This document shows positions 62,775 through 64,000 of a DNA stretch of 64,000 bases, piece by piece; position 1 is the stretch's first letter, and every line of letters begins with the position of its first letter. Position numbers and translations under genes: made by a program. The notes beneath the pieces are model-generated. The model saw only the letters and a list, made by a program, of their open reading frames with translations. It searched no databases and was not told the origin of the DNA. The DNA is taken from positions 123,878,001 through 123,942,000 of the forward strand of contig CM059432.1 in NCBI GenBank assembly GCA_030390025.1, given 5' to 3'. The DNA is from Squalus acanthias (Eukaryota).

Positions 62775-64000
62775 GCCCGCCAGGATTAACTGGCGTGTTC
62801 CAGAGGAGACGTGCAGCATGGGGGAAATGTGTTAAACTCAGAAAAGCCTCTCAAAATGGCATTATAGAGGCAATTAAGTGCTGGTTAAGGGCCTTAAGGG
62901 CCTATTCCGCCTCTTGGAGGCGGGATCGAAACGGGGTCTGAAAGCCTGCTTTTGGGAAAATTGCTCAGAGGCGGGCTGGAGGCGGGATCGGAGCTGCCCG
63001 CCATTTTTTGCAACTTTCCCACCTCACACGCCTCCAAACCCGCCTCCTCGGGCCTGGCAAAATCCAGCCCTAAGTGTTCTTGGACAGATTTGTGTGCACC
63101 TTTGGAAGTGCTTTCATGAGTTGCAGTGAATGGTGAGTCATAACGGTACCCCAGCAATGGTGATGAGTGTGAAAGGAATGACTTGGGCATTGTAGGGATG
63201 CTTTATGGTGTTGGTGTGTGGTGGTGCCAACCTGGCGCATTATGTGGCAGCCAGGGTGTTCAGCGTCAAGTGAAGTAAATCTGGCCATGGTGATGCTATC
63301 CCTGGCTTCCCGGGCAGCAATGTAGTCAGGTGCTGATGCCCTCTGTCCTGTGCAGCATCAGTTAATTGCAGAGAGTGTTCTTGTTGATGGTGCTGCTGGT
63401 GAGCCTGGTGCTGCTGGTGTTGGGGCTGATCGTGGTGAGATTCTGAGGATCAAGGTGAGAGTGTTTCAAGGGCACCGATGCTGATGTAATAGATGGCAGG
63501 TGAGGTTGAGATGACAGAAGCGATCTGTCAATGGTGAGAGAGGTTGTTCCAATGAGGTGACACTGGATACAGAGTTTGTTCTAAACACTTGCAACCTGCA
63601 TAAAGCTCAATCTGTCTTCTAAATGCAGTAAGCAACAGCTTCTAACCTTGCAAAGTGAAGACCTATGAAATGGGAGCTTTTATAGACTAATTGCAGCTGT
63701 TAAGTTTAGAAATCATCCCATGCTGACACAACAGCCGACCTCCTTACCTGACGTGATCCCCGAGCAACAGGGAAGCCATTGGTGAACTCTAAAAATCCAG
63801 AGGTAAGCTTAAAATATTTAATTGCCTCTTAACAATCCAGCTAATGATCTAAATTGCCTCCCCCGCCGCTTGGTGTCGGGTCTGTTCTGCAATGACAGAC
63901 CCGACATCTGGTAGACTGGCGTGGAGGCGGGTTGACAGCGGGTTCCCTACCAGCCGACCCGCTACCAAACGCGTCCCCTGACCCCCCCAAAAATTCCGGC

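Larger units (their letters stand above)
57791..63070. mobile_element. Inner Harbinger transposon
   Basis: TIR GGGCTGGTTTTG / CAAAATCCAGCCC with TAA TSD (57788-57790, 63071-63073). Confidence 0.88.
56962..64000. mobile_element. Outer degraded Harbinger (Myb remnant 57250-57480 on +, transposase remnant ~63100-63450 on -), ending at or beyond the window edge
   Basis: APRLSHDSLHMLMEGVTARREVLFP; terminal motifs GGTCGCAATTT / AAAATTCCGGC; boundaries approximate. Confidence 0.55.

Overview
Repeat-dense, apparently intergenic or intronic vertebrate DNA, most likely from a cartilaginous fish (inferred from HE1/V-SINE, Deu-domain SINEs, CR1 LINEs, Penelope fragments and many Harbinger elements). No host protein-coding exon could be supported. 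The main feature is an ~18.3 kb minus-strand endogenous retrovirus-like provirus (34750-53068). It has ~1.53 kb LTRs (about 98% identical by eye), a CCAT target-site duplication (TSD), a tRNA-Arg-like PBS and a PPT. Its gag is joined in frame to pol through a CAA-TGA-CTA-G readthrough-type stop, which is visible only after removing a nested solo LTR. Pol is PR-RT(YVDD)-dead RNase H-active RNase H-IN. An acidic repeat ORF follows, then an env with a furin site and a class I F-like fusion module, preceded by an apparent immunoglobulin-like domain. This organisation best fits lokiretrovirus-like elements (inference, no search run). A solo LTR of a sister family and a nearly intact two-gene Harbinger transposon sit inside the provirus. 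The window also holds a deleted Gypsy element, further solo LTRs, nested Harbingers, MITEs and a CR1 with a 74-bp monomer array at its 5' end.
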